Positions 28,970-39,093 of a stretch of 46,087 bases of DNA are shown one piece after another; within the stretch, counting starts at the first letter, position 1; each line of letters begins with the position of its first letter. Source of the DNA: Chitinophagaceae bacterium. Its GTDB lineage: Bacteria; Bacteroidota; Bacteroidia; Chitinophagales; Chitinophagaceae. The translations under genes were made by a program, and so were the position numbers. The stretch lies in the NCBI GenBank assembly GCA_035550155.1, contig DASZPW010000159.1, forward strand, positions 1 to 46,087, read 5' to 3'. The notes under the pieces are model-generated. The model had not been told where the DNA came from, made no database searches, and saw only the letters and a list, made by a program, of their open reading frames with translations.

Positions 28970-30607
28970 ATGAAATTGTATAATAATAAACTAATCTGGG
29001 TCCTTGCATCGTTGCCGATTGCAGCAGCATTCAGCGGTTGCAAAAAGTTCCTCGATGTAAATAACGATCCAAACAATCTGATCTCCTCAAAAGCGCAATA
29101 CATTATGACAGGCGCATTGAGCACTTCGGCCAGGAACCAGGTCACAAGCAGTATTCATGTGGTTGTCGGAAGCTGGAGTGGATTTTATGGCCATAGTACC
29201 AGCTATACGGGTGGTGGAAACGAAAAAACATATATAGTGACCAATACAGATTTTGATTGGTGGACCGGTGTATATGATAATATCTATGATTTTAAAAAAG
29301 TGATCGATAATGCTGATGCAGATGGAGTAGGTTTCTGGAAAGATCCTGCGATGGTTATGGAATGTTATAACTATGCAAGGCTGGTGGACACGTACGGCGA
29401 TATACCTTTTACTGATGCGGTACAGGATGTTACCAACCTTCAACCTAAGTACACTAATGCAAAAGATGTTTATGATTCGCTGATCATGCGTCTCGACCAG
29501 GCTATGGCAAATATGCAAGCTGCCACCTGGCCCGCACAGGGAACACTCGAAGCGAAACAGGATATTTATTTCGGACTGAACAAGACCGACTGGATCCATT
29601 TTGCAAATACCATTAAGCTGCGTTTATTACTGCACCAGGATTTTATGGGTACCCGTGACTCATATATCACCAGCAGTATACAGGCAACAGCATCTTTGGG
29701 CTACCTGGATAAAAATGTGCTGTGCCAGCCCGGTTATGCTGTTTCCAGCGGAAAGTTGAATCCTTATTATGCAACTTACGGGTACAATGAGGCCAACACA
29801 GTAACCGGAAATCATCAATACCGTAAAATGAATAAAGTGATCATCGATTGGTTTAAAAACACCAATGATGATTATAGGTTGCGTGGTTTGGCATGGCCCA
29901 ATGGTGCACAGTCCACTTCACCTTTGCCTACCTGGCCCGCTACCGGAACTTATTCATATACCGGGGTACCAATGGGTGCCGGCTCTGGCGCAGCCACCGG
30001 AAACTCTTCGGCTATGGGACCATTTTATATTCAAAAAGGAGTTACAGCAGTAGCTACCGGACCATTGGTAGTTTTCACTTTAGCAGAGTCTAAATTATTA
30101 CAGGCAGAAGCTGCTCAGAAATATCCATCACTGGTTGCTACGTTGGGTGATCCTCAAACATTATATGAATCAGGAGTACAGGCACATTTCAGATTAGTAA
30201 GAAATATGTGCTATGCTGCCGGTACTACAAATATTGCTAACAATGCAGCGAATGCAGAAGCCGATGCAGCTTTTGCAGCTTATATCGCACAACCGATCGA
30301 CAATGTGAACTGGGCTGCCAGCACTGATAAACTGAGAGCTATTTTAGTTCAAAAATGGGTGGCTTTTACTCATATCAATGGATTGGAAGCATGGACAGAT
30401 TATCGCAAGTCTTCTGTTACCAAAGTTTCCGGGCATACCTGGTATAGTATACCATCTAACCCAAGGTCACAGACAGCTGCTTCAAGCACCGATGAACCAC
30501 TGCGGATGGTCTATCCACAGATCGAGTTTATCACGAATGGCAATAACGTTCCAAAAGGTATTGATCAAGTTCAGTCAACACCTATTTTCTGGGATGTAAA
30601 TAACTAA
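28970..30607 (+). CDS. SusD/RagB-family nutrient-binding lipoprotein
   Basis: ATG 28970 gives MKLYNNKLIWVLASLPIAAAFSGCKK with a lipobox, followed by FLDVNNDPNN. It lies 25 nt after the SusC stop. The track's N-terminal extension to 28817 overlaps SusC and is rejected. Confidence 0.85.
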   Translation: MKLYNNKLIWVLASLPIAAAFSGCKKFLDVNNDPNNLISSKAQYIMTGALSTSARNQVTSSIHVVVGSWSGFYGHSTSYTGGGNEKTYIVTNTDFDWWTGVYDNIYDFKKVIDNADADGVGFWKDPAMVMECYNYARLVDTYGDIPFTDAVQDVTNLQPKYTNAKDVYDSLIMRLDQAMANMQAATWPAQGTLEAKQDIYFGLNKTDWIHFANTIKLRLLLHQDFMGTRDSYITSSIQATASLGYLDKNVLCQPGYAVSSGKLNPYYATYGYNEANTVTGNHQYRKMNKVIIDWFKNTNDDYRLRGLAWPNGAQSTSPLPTWPATGTYSYTGVPMGAGSGAATGNSSAMGPFYIQKGVTAVATGPLVVFTLAESKLLQAEAAQKYPSLVATLGDPQTLYESGVQAHFRLVRNMCYAAGTTNIANNAANAEADAAFAAYIAQPIDNVNWAASTDKLRAILVQKWVAFTHINGLEAWTDYRKSSVTKVSGHTWYSIPSNPRSQTAASSTDEPLRMVYPQIEFITNGNNVPKGIDQVQSTPIFWDVNN

Positions 30608-30655
30608 AGGATTCATGAGCAGCTTTGATTATAAAAAAATTTAAAAATATTTTTT

Positions 30656-31684
30656 ATGCGTTTAAAACAGTTAATTTTTCTTTTCGTCGCATTGTCGGTG
30701 TATTCTGCCTGCGTGAAATCTAAAAATGATTGGGCCGGTTTGCGTACGGATAGTGGAAACATTATTACCAGTATTCTTGAAGATGAGTATATAGATCAGG
30801 ACAACCACGTAATCGGCTTTGGGTATGCACCGTTTGCCAATTTTGATTTTGGCGGCGCCGATGAAAATGTCAAGTTCTTTACGGTACACGTAGCTCAGCC
30901 AAGAGGTAAAAAGATCAGTGGTTCATTAAAACTGACCATTACGGCTTCCAATGGTTCCGGAGATCCGCTACCGGCCGGCGCCATTACTATCCCGTCTACA
31001 GTAGATATCCCGGCTTTCGATGGCGAATCTGCCGATGTTCCCATTTTGTTTAGTGTAAAAAAAGCCGGCCTGGATCCTTCTGCATATTATTCAGTGGTAT
31101 TTACCATTACCGGAGCTAACCAGGGTGTAGTAAGTGATAACGCAAGCCAGATCGAAGTGTTTTTGTATCCTGGTAAATATTACGGACGCTTTACTGTAGA
31201 AACTACCGTTAAAGATCCATTAGGCTTTTTGCAGATCCAGCAAAATACCAAACCGGTATTATTGGATGATCTCTATTTTACTTATGGTCGCCCGGCTTCC
31301 ATAGATGATCCGAACTATTTATCATTTATCGATGAATATTTTGTAGGTCTCGGAGGTGGTTCTTCCGGTCTTAGCTTATTCGTAGATAACCGTTCCAGCG
31401 GAACAACTGCTCCCCGCTATTCATTGTTGTATCCCACCTATCATTTGAATTCATCCGGTACTGTGGACGGTGTTTTTGACACCCGGAACGGAAATAATTT
31501 GAATGTTACGTTTACCAATGATTTATCGAACAAATATGTGATCAACAATAATGGCGATCGGACTTTTGAAGTTAGTTACAATGTTACGTTGACAGCACCT
31601 GTATCCGGAGGTACGGCAAGCCGGACCTTCAACGTTCAGGAAAAATATACATATCATCCGGTACAGGTACGGGTATTTTATTGA
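30656..31684 (+). CDS. PUL-associated surface lipoprotein of unknown function
   Basis: 342 aa with lipoprotein signal MRLKQLIFLFVALSVYSAC. It is a beta-rich two-part protein immediately downstream of SusD. I recognise no catalytic motif. Confidence 0.6.
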   Translation: MRLKQLIFLFVALSVYSACVKSKNDWAGLRTDSGNIITSILEDEYIDQDNHVIGFGYAPFANFDFGGADENVKFFTVHVAQPRGKKISGSLKLTITASNGSGDPLPAGAITIPSTVDIPAFDGESADVPILFSVKKAGLDPSAYYSVVFTITGANQGVVSDNASQIEVFLYPGKYYGRFTVETTVKDPLGFLQIQQNTKPVLLDDLYFTYGRPASIDDPNYLSFIDEYFVGLGGGSSGLSLFVDNRSSGTTAPRYSLLYPTYHLNSSGTVDGVFDTRNGNNLNVTFTNDLSNKYVINNNGDRTFEVSYNVTLTAPVSGGTASRTFNVQEKYTYHPVQVRVFY

Positions 31685-31727
31685 TAAATAACCCGCAGGT
31701 ATTAAATAAAAGATCATTGAAATAAGC

Positions 31728-31762
31728 AGAGGCTGTTTTCTTTCTGGACAGCCTCTCTTTTT
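31728..31762 (+). terminator. Rho-independent terminator after the first SusC/D locus
   Basis: agaggctgt and acagcctct form a 9-bp stem with an 11-nt loop, followed by ctttttat. Confidence 0.7.
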
Positions 31763-31941
31763 ATAAAAAAGAAATGTGTTAAGGAATTTATAAAATAAAG
31801 CCTTAAATTGCAATTTCAATCTGGTATAGGGCTTCTACATTTTAAACATCCTTAATCTAACTTACCATCCTTATTCCTTATTCTAAGAAATGTTGAGTCT
31901 TTGTCCGAAACAAAGTTTATTTATTTAAAACTAACATTCAC

Positions 31942-34900
31942 ATGAGAAAAATTGTATCACTACTTACAATGCTGTTGTTGCTATGCACATTAGCATACGC
32001 ACAAAACCGAACAGTATCCGGAACTGTAACGGATGACAAAGGGCAGCCGATCCCGGGTGCCAGCGTTACTATTAAAGGAACTAAATCCGGTACTATCACA
32101 AACACACTGGGAGCTTTTAAATTGACAGTTTCCACAGGCAATACGCTTGTAGTATCCGCAGTAGGTTTTGGCTCTAAAGAAATTTCTGTTACCAGCTCAT
32201 CTACTTATGATGTAAGCCTGGTTCAGCAGGGTACTAATCTTTCTGAAGTTATTGTGACCAGTGTGGCTGCCGCTACGATTAAGGAAAAGATGACAGTATC
32301 TGTTACAAAATTATCCGCCAATGAGATCAGCAAGGTGCCGCCCACTTCTTTGTCTTCAGCTTTGACAGCTAAGGTTGCCGGTGTAAAAACTGCCAGTACC
32401 GGAGGATTACCCGGGCAAGGATTGGATATTCAGCTTCGTGCTGATAATAACCTGACTGTTGGTTCAGGGCCATTGATCCTGGTGGATGGAGTTCAAATCT
32501 CAGGTAGCCTGGCAGACATTAACTCTGATGACGTGGAATCTATTGAAGTAGTTAAAGGCGCTGCAGCTTCAGCATTATATGGATCCAGGGCCGGTAACGG
32601 AGTGATCGCCGTAATGACAAAAAGAGGTAAGGGATCCGGTGTCAGTGTAGTGGTTAGAAATGAAGTTGGTTTTCAAACGTTGTCTCATACTCTGAAAGTA
32701 GCTACACATCATCCATATGTACTGGCTGCTGATTGGGAAAATTATAAAGGCCAATATACTAAGTATGCTGGTGTGACCTATCCATCTAATTATAGCGGAA
32801 CCGGCTTCGATCCCGGGATTTCCGGAAACCGTACGGTGGATGCAGATCACTATATGGACAACCCTTATGGAATTAATCGTAATCCGCAAAAAGATGTTTT
32901 CGGCACTGGAATTAACTATACCAATTTTGTATCAATAAGCACAAAAAGTGATAAGACAGCCGTGTATGCCTCTTTTGAAAATAATAGCCAGGAAGGCGTT
33001 GTAGCGCTTACTGATGGCTACAAGAGACAAAACTTCAGGCTGAACCTGGATCAGCAAGTTGCCAGCTGGTTAAAAGTCAGCGCTACGAATTTGCTTATTA
33101 ACCGCTTGATCCAATACCCCGGGGGAAGTCCTTTCTATAATGTGGCCCGGTTGGAAACAGACATCAACTTAAATGAGATTAATCCAATTGACGGACAGCC
33201 CTACTACCCGAGGATTGACCAATGGATCGGTGAAATCGTGAATCCACTATATACATTATGGAAACAAAAGATCAATGATAAAGACCGCAGGTGGCTGGCA
33301 AATTATACAGCCAATGTCAAATTCACCAGTTGGGCAAATCTTGATATCAGCCATACTATCGAGATCGAGAATTACCGCAGCTCATCCATTAACCCAAAGG
33401 ATACCTGGAAAGTTTCCGGGCCTGCTAATGTCAATAATGGCATGACCTATACTGATGGTAGCTTATCCATGTCTTCCAGTGAAAGCAACGTACAGAATAC
33501 GCAGCTGACTTTGAATATGCTTCACCGGTTCGGACAGCTGAATGTTGCAGGTAAACTTTCTTACCTGTATGAGAACAACCATTATGAATCCTTTAATGTC
33601 GGTGCATCGCAGTTCGTGGTGAATGGGATTGAAGCCTTTAACAACTTTGCTTCCATTAGTAATGCGAACTCATATATCTCTGCGGAAAGAGCGCAGAACT
33701 ATTTTGCCATCGCTTCCCTGGATTATAAAGACAGGTATTTGTTAGATGGAATGTTCCGGTATGACGGTTCTTCATTATTTGGTTCGAATGCAAGATGGAA
33801 TCCTTATTACCGTATTTCAGGAGCCTATCGTATCAGCAAGGATGTTTCTATTCCCGGAATTGAGGAATTGAAGATCAGGGCAGCCCATGGTACGGCGGGT
33901 ATTCGCCCGGGGTTTGATTGGCAATATCAAAGATTCACTTTGAGCAATGGTAATTCCACAGCTTGGCAGGCAGGAAATCCGGATCTTAAACCTTCTAAAA
34001 CTTCAGAAACAGAAATAGGCCTTGATGTTAACTTCCTGAAGAAATTCACTTTTGAAGCTACCTACTCATTTTCGAATACAACTGATGAGTTTCTAAACCA
34101 ACAATTGATACCTTTTCTGGTTCCAGGTGGTTTTGCTTATAAATACATTAATGCTGGTAATATCAAGGCTAATACATTTGAAGCAACTTTGGGAGCTAAC
34201 TGGGTGAAGAATAAGGATTTTACCTGGACCTCAAATATTGTGTTCTCCCGGACCCGTCAAAAATTGGATAATCTTCCGGTTCCTCCGTATTACCTGCCTG
34301 CATTTTCTGGTGATGTAAATGTATTCTATATAGCTGCCAATTCTACATATGGTGCCATGTATGGATACAGGTTTGTCCGCACTTTGGACGAAATGAGCCA
34401 TCAGCTTCCAGCAGGCAAAACCATTTCAGATTATGAGGTCAATTCAGAAGGATATGTGATCGCAAAAGGAACACAGGGAACACCGGCTGAACGGCCTATC
34501 AGGTACCAGGAAAACGGAGCTGACTGGTTTGGTAAGATCGGAGATGGCAATGCCAATTTTAATGTTGGCGTTTCCAATACAATTCAATGGAAAGGATTCA
34601 CTTTGTATTTCCTTTTAGACTGGAAACAGGGCGGGGAAATTTACAATGCGAACAACCAGCGTATGGCATTTAACAACATGTATTATAAAATGGATATGTC
34701 CAATACTCCGGATGGGCAAAAGAAAGCATATGACTATTGGTTTTCAGGAATGTACGATGCCAATTTACCTAACAAATACTGGGTAGAGGATGCATCATAT
34801 CTGAAAGTACGTGAATTCGCTTTGGGCTATACCTTCAATAATAAAGCGCTGGAAAATGCTTTTCATGGTGTAGTTAAAGGAATTACTGCAAAAGTGGTGG

Positions 34901-35034
34901 GCAGGAACCTGCTGACATTTACAAAATATTCTGGTTACGATCCGGAAGTTGGAAGTATCAGGCAACCATTGGATGGCATCGGATCTAACCCGAATTACAG
35001 GAATATTGCATTCTCTTTGTCCTTTAATTTCTAA
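31942..35034 (+). CDS. SusC/RagA-family TonB-dependent outer-membrane transporter (second copy, no STN domain)
   Basis: 1030 aa with signal peptide MRKIVSLLTMLLLLCTLAYAQ. It has a CarboxypepD_reg-like domain (VSGTVTDDKGQPIPGASVTIKG) and a plug (LSEVIVTS...), and the barrel ends ...AFSLSFNF. Confidence 0.9.
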   Translation: MRKIVSLLTMLLLLCTLAYAQNRTVSGTVTDDKGQPIPGASVTIKGTKSGTITNTLGAFKLTVSTGNTLVVSAVGFGSKEISVTSSSTYDVSLVQQGTNLSEVIVTSVAAATIKEKMTVSVTKLSANEISKVPPTSLSSALTAKVAGVKTASTGGLPGQGLDIQLRADNNLTVGSGPLILVDGVQISGSLADINSDDVESIEVVKGAAASALYGSRAGNGVIAVMTKRGKGSGVSVVVRNEVGFQTLSHTLKVATHHPYVLAADWENYKGQYTKYAGVTYPSNYSGTGFDPGISGNRTVDADHYMDNPYGINRNPQKDVFGTGINYTNFVSISTKSDKTAVYASFENNSQEGVVALTDGYKRQNFRLNLDQQVASWLKVSATNLLINRLIQYPGGSPFYNVARLETDINLNEINPIDGQPYYPRIDQWIGEIVNPLYTLWKQKINDKDRRWLANYTANVKFTSWANLDISHTIEIENYRSSSINPKDTWKVSGPANVNNGMTYTDGSLSMSSSESNVQNTQLTLNMLHRFGQLNVAGKLSYLYENNHYESFNVGASQFVVNGIEAFNNFASISNANSYISAERAQNYFAIASLDYKDRYLLDGMFRYDGSSLFGSNARWNPYYRISGAYRISKDVSIPGIEELKIRAAHGTAGIRPGFDWQYQRFTLSNGNSTAWQAGNPDLKPSKTSETEIGLDVNFLKKFTFEATYSFSNTTDEFLNQQLIPFLVPGGFAYKYINAGNIKANTFEATLGANWVKNKDFTWTSNIVFSRTRQKLDNLPVPPYYLPAFSGDVNVFYIAANSTYGAMYGYRFVRTLDEMSHQLPAGKTISDYEVNSEGYVIAKGTQGTPAERPIRYQENGADWFGKIGDGNANFNVGVSNTIQWKGFTLYFLLDWKQGGEIYNANNQRMAFNNMYYKMDMSNTPDGQKKAYDYWFSGMYDANLPNKYWVEDASYLKVREFALGYTFNNKALENAFHGVVKGITAKVVGRNLLTFTKYSGYDPEVGSIRQPLDGIGSNPNYRNIAFSLSFNF

Positions 35035-35047
35035 AACTTCAAAAATC

Positions 35048-36532
35048 ATGAATATGAAAAAAATAAAAATTGCAATCTTTATAAGCCTCCTGGTGGGTGT
35101 TTTGGCAGGTTGTAAAAAAGATGTCCTCAACATTGCGAATCAAAATGATCCTGACTTATCCAAAGTGCTTTCCAATGGAAATGACGTGAAACAGCTTACA
35201 TCAGGCTTGTTCAATACTATCTATAATGGTGAGCATGCCTATGCCGGTGTTGAAATGATGCTGGCAGTGGCTGCAGACAATGTATCCTGTTCTTGGGGTA
35301 ATGCCGCCATGCGGGATATGAGCTGGGAGCCTCGTGACCATGCCTGGGATAATACCGCGGCTTACGGTAATGCAAGCTTCACAAAGTGGACTTTTGATAA
35401 AATGTATTCAGCCATTGGTACAGGATCTCTAATCATGCAGGCAATTGCAGGAGGGGTAAAGGTAGATAATGATGCCCAGGTAAAAGCTTTTGTAAAATTC
35501 GCCCAGGGAGTTGCCTATGGTAACCTGGCATTGGTTTTTGACCGGGCTTTTATCGTTGATGAAACCCAAACTGTAGAAGGTAAGTTGGAAAGTGCGGTGG
35601 ATTATAAGCAGGTAGCTGCAGCAGCAATTGGTTACCTCAATGATGCTATTGGTTTTTGTTCCAGCAGTTTTACCATTCCCAAGAACTGGTTAGGTACGGC
35701 CACTGATCTTTCTAACAATGACCTGAAAGCATTGTGCAATACAATGGCTGCAAGAATACTTGCCTATACTCCAAGAAACAAAACTGACCTGGCTGCTGTA
35801 AACTGGGCACAGGTAAAAACTTATGCCGATGCGGGTATTACATCCGATTTCAGCGTAATTGGAGATGCCTATGTGAATTGGTATGATGAGGCAGGAGACT
35901 ATCTTACATTTAGTGGCTGGGGTGTTACTGATATGTACACGGTGCATATGATGGCTACGGATCAGCCGGCACACTGGGATGATAGTCCAAGTTTTCCTTA
36001 TCCTCCTCCCGCCACAACTATTGTTGACAACCGTTTAAATACTGATTTCGAATATGTGGCTGCCAATTGGTTTCAGACTGCAAGAGGATATTATCATTTC
36101 TCATCTTACAGGAACTTGAGATACGACGCACTGTACTTGAATGATGTAGGTGCTAAACCCGAAGTAATGAAAGCAGAGAATGATATGTTGCGGGCTGAAG
36201 CAAGGGCTTATACCGGTGACCTGGCAGGTGCTGCTGCAATTATTAACGCCGGCACCAGGACGACGAGAGGCGGTATGCCAAATGTAGCTGCTGACCTTAC
36301 GGCGATCGTTGATGCCATACACCATGAACGATTTGTTGAAATGTACACTACAGGTATGGGATTACAGTTTTTTGAAATGAGAAAACTGAATTTGTTGCAG
36401 AAGGGAACTCCGCTGCACATGCCGTTACCTGCCGGTACATTACAATCTTTAAGTGCACCGTTACCATATTATTCATTTGGTCATGTTGCAAATGCTGATG
36501 GTATTAATACTTCTAATGCCGGATGGAGATAG
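35048..36532 (+). CDS. SusD/RagB-family nutrient-binding lipoprotein (second copy)
   Basis: ATG 35048 gives MNMKKIKIAIFISLLVGVLAGCKK with a lipobox, 13 nt after the SusC stop. The track's extension to 34949 overlaps SusC. Confidence 0.85.
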   Translation: MNMKKIKIAIFISLLVGVLAGCKKDVLNIANQNDPDLSKVLSNGNDVKQLTSGLFNTIYNGEHAYAGVEMMLAVAADNVSCSWGNAAMRDMSWEPRDHAWDNTAAYGNASFTKWTFDKMYSAIGTGSLIMQAIAGGVKVDNDAQVKAFVKFAQGVAYGNLALVFDRAFIVDETQTVEGKLESAVDYKQVAAAAIGYLNDAIGFCSSSFTIPKNWLGTATDLSNNDLKALCNTMAARILAYTPRNKTDLAAVNWAQVKTYADAGITSDFSVIGDAYVNWYDEAGDYLTFSGWGVTDMYTVHMMATDQPAHWDDSPSFPYPPPATTIVDNRLNTDFEYVAANWFQTARGYYHFSSYRNLRYDALYLNDVGAKPEVMKAENDMLRAEARAYTGDLAGAAAIINAGTRTTRGGMPNVAADLTAIVDAIHHERFVEMYTTGMGLQFFEMRKLNLLQKGTPLHMPLPAGTLQSLSAPLPYYSFGHVANADGINTSNAGWR

Positions 36533-36567
36533 CAGAACACGTTGAATTAAATTGTTCGAAATAATAA

Positions 36568-36610
36568 AACAGGGATTGATTTTTATTTGAAATCAATCCC
36601 TGTTTCTTTG
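36568..36610 (+). terminator. Strong rho-independent terminator after the second SusC/D locus
   Basis: aacagggattgattt and aaatcaatccctgtt form a perfect 15-bp stem with a 7-nt loop, followed by a T-rich tail. Confidence 0.8.
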
Positions 36611-36659
36611 TTGACACATTGCAGAATAATCCAGTACTTTTGGGTTGAAATATGTTATT

Positions 36660-36974
36660 ATGCCAGAACAGAACCAGCAGCCCAATCAACTTAATATTGA
36701 GATTTCTGAAGAAGTAGCAGAAGGATCTTATGCTAATCTTGCCATCATCACGCATTCTCATGCGGAGTTTGTGATCGATTTTGTAAACGTGATGCCCGGC
36801 ACACCGAAAAGCAAAGTGAAATCACGGATCATACTCACGCCGCAGCATGCCAAACGATTGATGAGGGCAATAACAGAAAATATTGGAAAATATGAAGCGG
36901 TGAATGGACCTATAAAAGATCTTGAAGAAATTCAGCTTCCTTTGAATTTTGGCGGTCCAACGGCGCAAGCGTAG
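36660..36974 (+). CDS. DUF3467-family protein
   Basis: MPEQNQQPNQLNIEISEEVAEGSYANLAIITHSHAEFVIDFVNVMPGTPKSKVKSRIILTPQHAKRL matches the conserved DUF3467 pattern. The track ORF starts at TTG 36645. Confidence 0.75.
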   Translation: MPEQNQQPNQLNIEISEEVAEGSYANLAIITHSHAEFVIDFVNVMPGTPKSKVKSRIILTPQHAKRLMRAITENIGKYEAVNGPIKDLEEIQLPLNFGGPTAQA

Positions 36975-37017
36975 AGAGGTTCCCAGTTACCGGTAACCAG
37001 TAACCAGGAACTGGTAA

Positions 37018-37710
37018 CTACAACAGTCCTTCATCTGCAAAACTGAAATACCCATCCTCGCTGACGATGATGTGATCCAATACTGTGATGTCAAAAAAAC
37101 CGGCAGCTTCTTTTATTTTTTGAGTGAGTTCTTCATCTGCACGGCTGGGTTTCAAACTTCCGGAAGGATGATTATGGCAAAGAACAATGTTGACCGCATT
37201 TTCTTCCAATGCCATTCTTAATATGATTCTCGGATCGGCTACTGTTCCGGTGATACCGCCTTCACTTACAATTTGAAAATGGTTGATCTTATTGGCCCGG
37301 TTTAAAAAAAGTACCGCAAATACTTCGTGCCGGTAATCTTTTAGTCTTGGCCGCAGGTAACGGGCTATCTGATCACTGCTGGTGATCGCTTGCTTTTCCA
37401 ATGCTGAAGACACCTGCCTTCTTCTTCCTAACTCTAATGCGGCAGCTATCGTCACAGCTTTTGCCTGCCCGATCCCTTTTATTTTCATCAGTTCTTTTAC
37501 GGAAAGTTTGCCCAGTTCATTCAGGTTATCTTTTCCCAATTTTAAAACCTCTTTGGCAAGGTCCACTGCAGATTTTTCCCTGGTGCCATTATGGATCAGA
37601 ATAGCTAGTAATTCAGAATGACTCAATGCTTCGGCGCCCAGTGATAGTAATTTTTCTCTCGGCCGGTCGTCTTTTGCCCAATTCTTAATTGAGTATTTCT
37701 GCGCTTGCAT
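37018..37710 (-). CDS. radC: RadC-family JAB-domain protein
   Basis: 230 aa with the N-terminal DRPREKLLSLGAEALSHSELLAILI, an HhH (IKGIGQAKAVTIAAALELGRR) and the JAMM motif CHNHPSGSLKPSRAD. Confidence 0.9.
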   Translation of the reverse strand: MQAQKYSIKNWAKDDRPREKLLSLGAEALSHSELLAILIHNGTREKSAVDLAKEVLKLGKDNLNELGKLSVKELMKIKGIGQAKAVTIAAALELGRRRQVSSALEKQAITSSDQIARYLRPRLKDYRHEVFAVLFLNRANKINHFQIVSEGGITGTVADPRIILRMALEENAVNIVLCHNHPSGSLKPSRADEELTQKIKEAAGFFDITVLDHIIVSEDGYFSFADEGLL

Positions 37711-37806
37711 ATAACAAGTTTAGCTAATAATTTTATCCCTGACAATACAATTTAATTGTATTTGAAAACATAAATCCGCCTGTCAGAAAAACTAAAACCA
37801 ATAATT

Positions 37807-38022
37807 ATGAAGACCAGGTCAGTTTCATCCCTCGGAGCTTTGCATCCTGTACTGTTTTTTGCTGTAGTGTATGCAATTGCTTTATTATTTTCCATATTTA
37901 TTTGTTCTTCTTTATTCTATAGCTGCAACGCCAATAAAACAGAAGTGACTCAAAAGCAAGAGGCGCCGGCTCAACAGGCTTCCTTGTCGCAATCAACAGC
38001 TGCGGTATTGACTAATCATTGA
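37807..38022 (+). CDS. Possible small membrane or lipoprotein ORF (71 aa), hypothetical
   Basis: One hydrophobic segment is followed by LFYSC, which may be a lipobox, and then a Q/A-rich tail. There is no homology I can recognise and it may not be coding. Confidence 0.3.
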   Translation: MKTRSVSSLGALHPVLFFAVVYAIALLFSIFICSSLFYSCNANKTEVTQKQEAPAQQASLSQSTAAVLTNH

Positions 38023-38114
38023 TCCAATTCAATTTTTTCGAAACCGAATATTTTTAATATCCGGATGGGAGGAATGCGTCCTTATTTAATATCTTCGCCG
38101 CACATCTTTCATCC

Positions 38115-39059
38115 ATGGCTGCTAAAATATTCTCCGGAACCAGCTCACAGAAATTAACTGCAGAGATCTGTAAACAATATGGTACTCAATCAGGTAAAAT
38201 AAATATCCAGCGATTCAGCGATGGAGAGATCTGCCCCGTGTTTTTGGAAAGCATACGGGGCGATTTTGTTTTCCTGGTGCAAAGTACCTATGCCCCTGCT
38301 GATAACCTGATGGAACTTCTTTTAATGATCGATGCTGCCCGCCGGGCATCTGCCTACAAGGTGACTGCTGTAATACCTTATTACGGTTATGCCCGCCAGG
38401 ATAGGAAAGATAAGCCGAGAGTGGCGATTGGCAGCAAGTTGGTCGCCAATATGTTGGTGGCTGCAGGAGCAGACAGGATGATCACCATGGACCTTCATGC
38501 CCCCCAGATACAGGGCTATTTTGATATACCGGTTGACCACCTGGACAGTCATGCACTTTTTATCCCTTACATTGAGAATCTCAGGCTGGAAAACCTTACC
38601 TTTGCGGCCCCTGACGTGGGAGCTACCAACAGAATCAGGGAAATCGCCAGCTATTTCAATGCAGAAATGGTGATATGCGACAAACATCGCAAAAGAGCCA
38701 ATGAAATAGCCAGCATGGTAGTGATAGGAGATGTATCAGACAGAGATGTTGTGATAATAGATGATATCTGCGATACAGGAGGCACATTGGCAAAAAGTGC
38801 AGCTCTTTTAAAAGAAAAAGGTGCCCGTAGTGTAAGAGCTTTGATCACTCACCCGGTGCTGAGCGGTAAAGCGTATGAGAACATTGAAAACAGTGTATTG
38901 GAGGAATTAGTGGTATGTGATACCATTCCGCTTCGGGGACAATGTTCCAAGATCAAAGTGATATCTGTTGCAGAATTGTTTGCTGTGGCAATAAGAAATG
39001 CCTTTGAAAATAAAAGTATCACCAATCTTTTCATTCATTCACAACGAAGGGATAGATAA
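38115..39059 (+). CDS. prs: Ribose-phosphate pyrophosphokinase
   Basis: 314 aa with PYYGYARQDRK, DLHAPQIQGYF and the PRPP-binding loop VVIIDDICDTGGT. Confidence 0.95.
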   Translation: MAAKIFSGTSSQKLTAEICKQYGTQSGKINIQRFSDGEICPVFLESIRGDFVFLVQSTYAPADNLMELLLMIDAARRASAYKVTAVIPYYGYARQDRKDKPRVAIGSKLVANMLVAAGADRMITMDLHAPQIQGYFDIPVDHLDSHALFIPYIENLRLENLTFAAPDVGATNRIREIASYFNAEMVICDKHRKRANEIASMVVIGDVSDRDVVIIDDICDTGGTLAKSAALLKEKGARSVRALITHPVLSGKAYENIENSVLEELVVCDTIPLRGQCSKIKVISVAELFAVAIRNAFENKSITNLFIHSQRRDR

Positions 39060-39093
39060 AGCAGAACTAGTAATCAATAAATAAACATAAACA

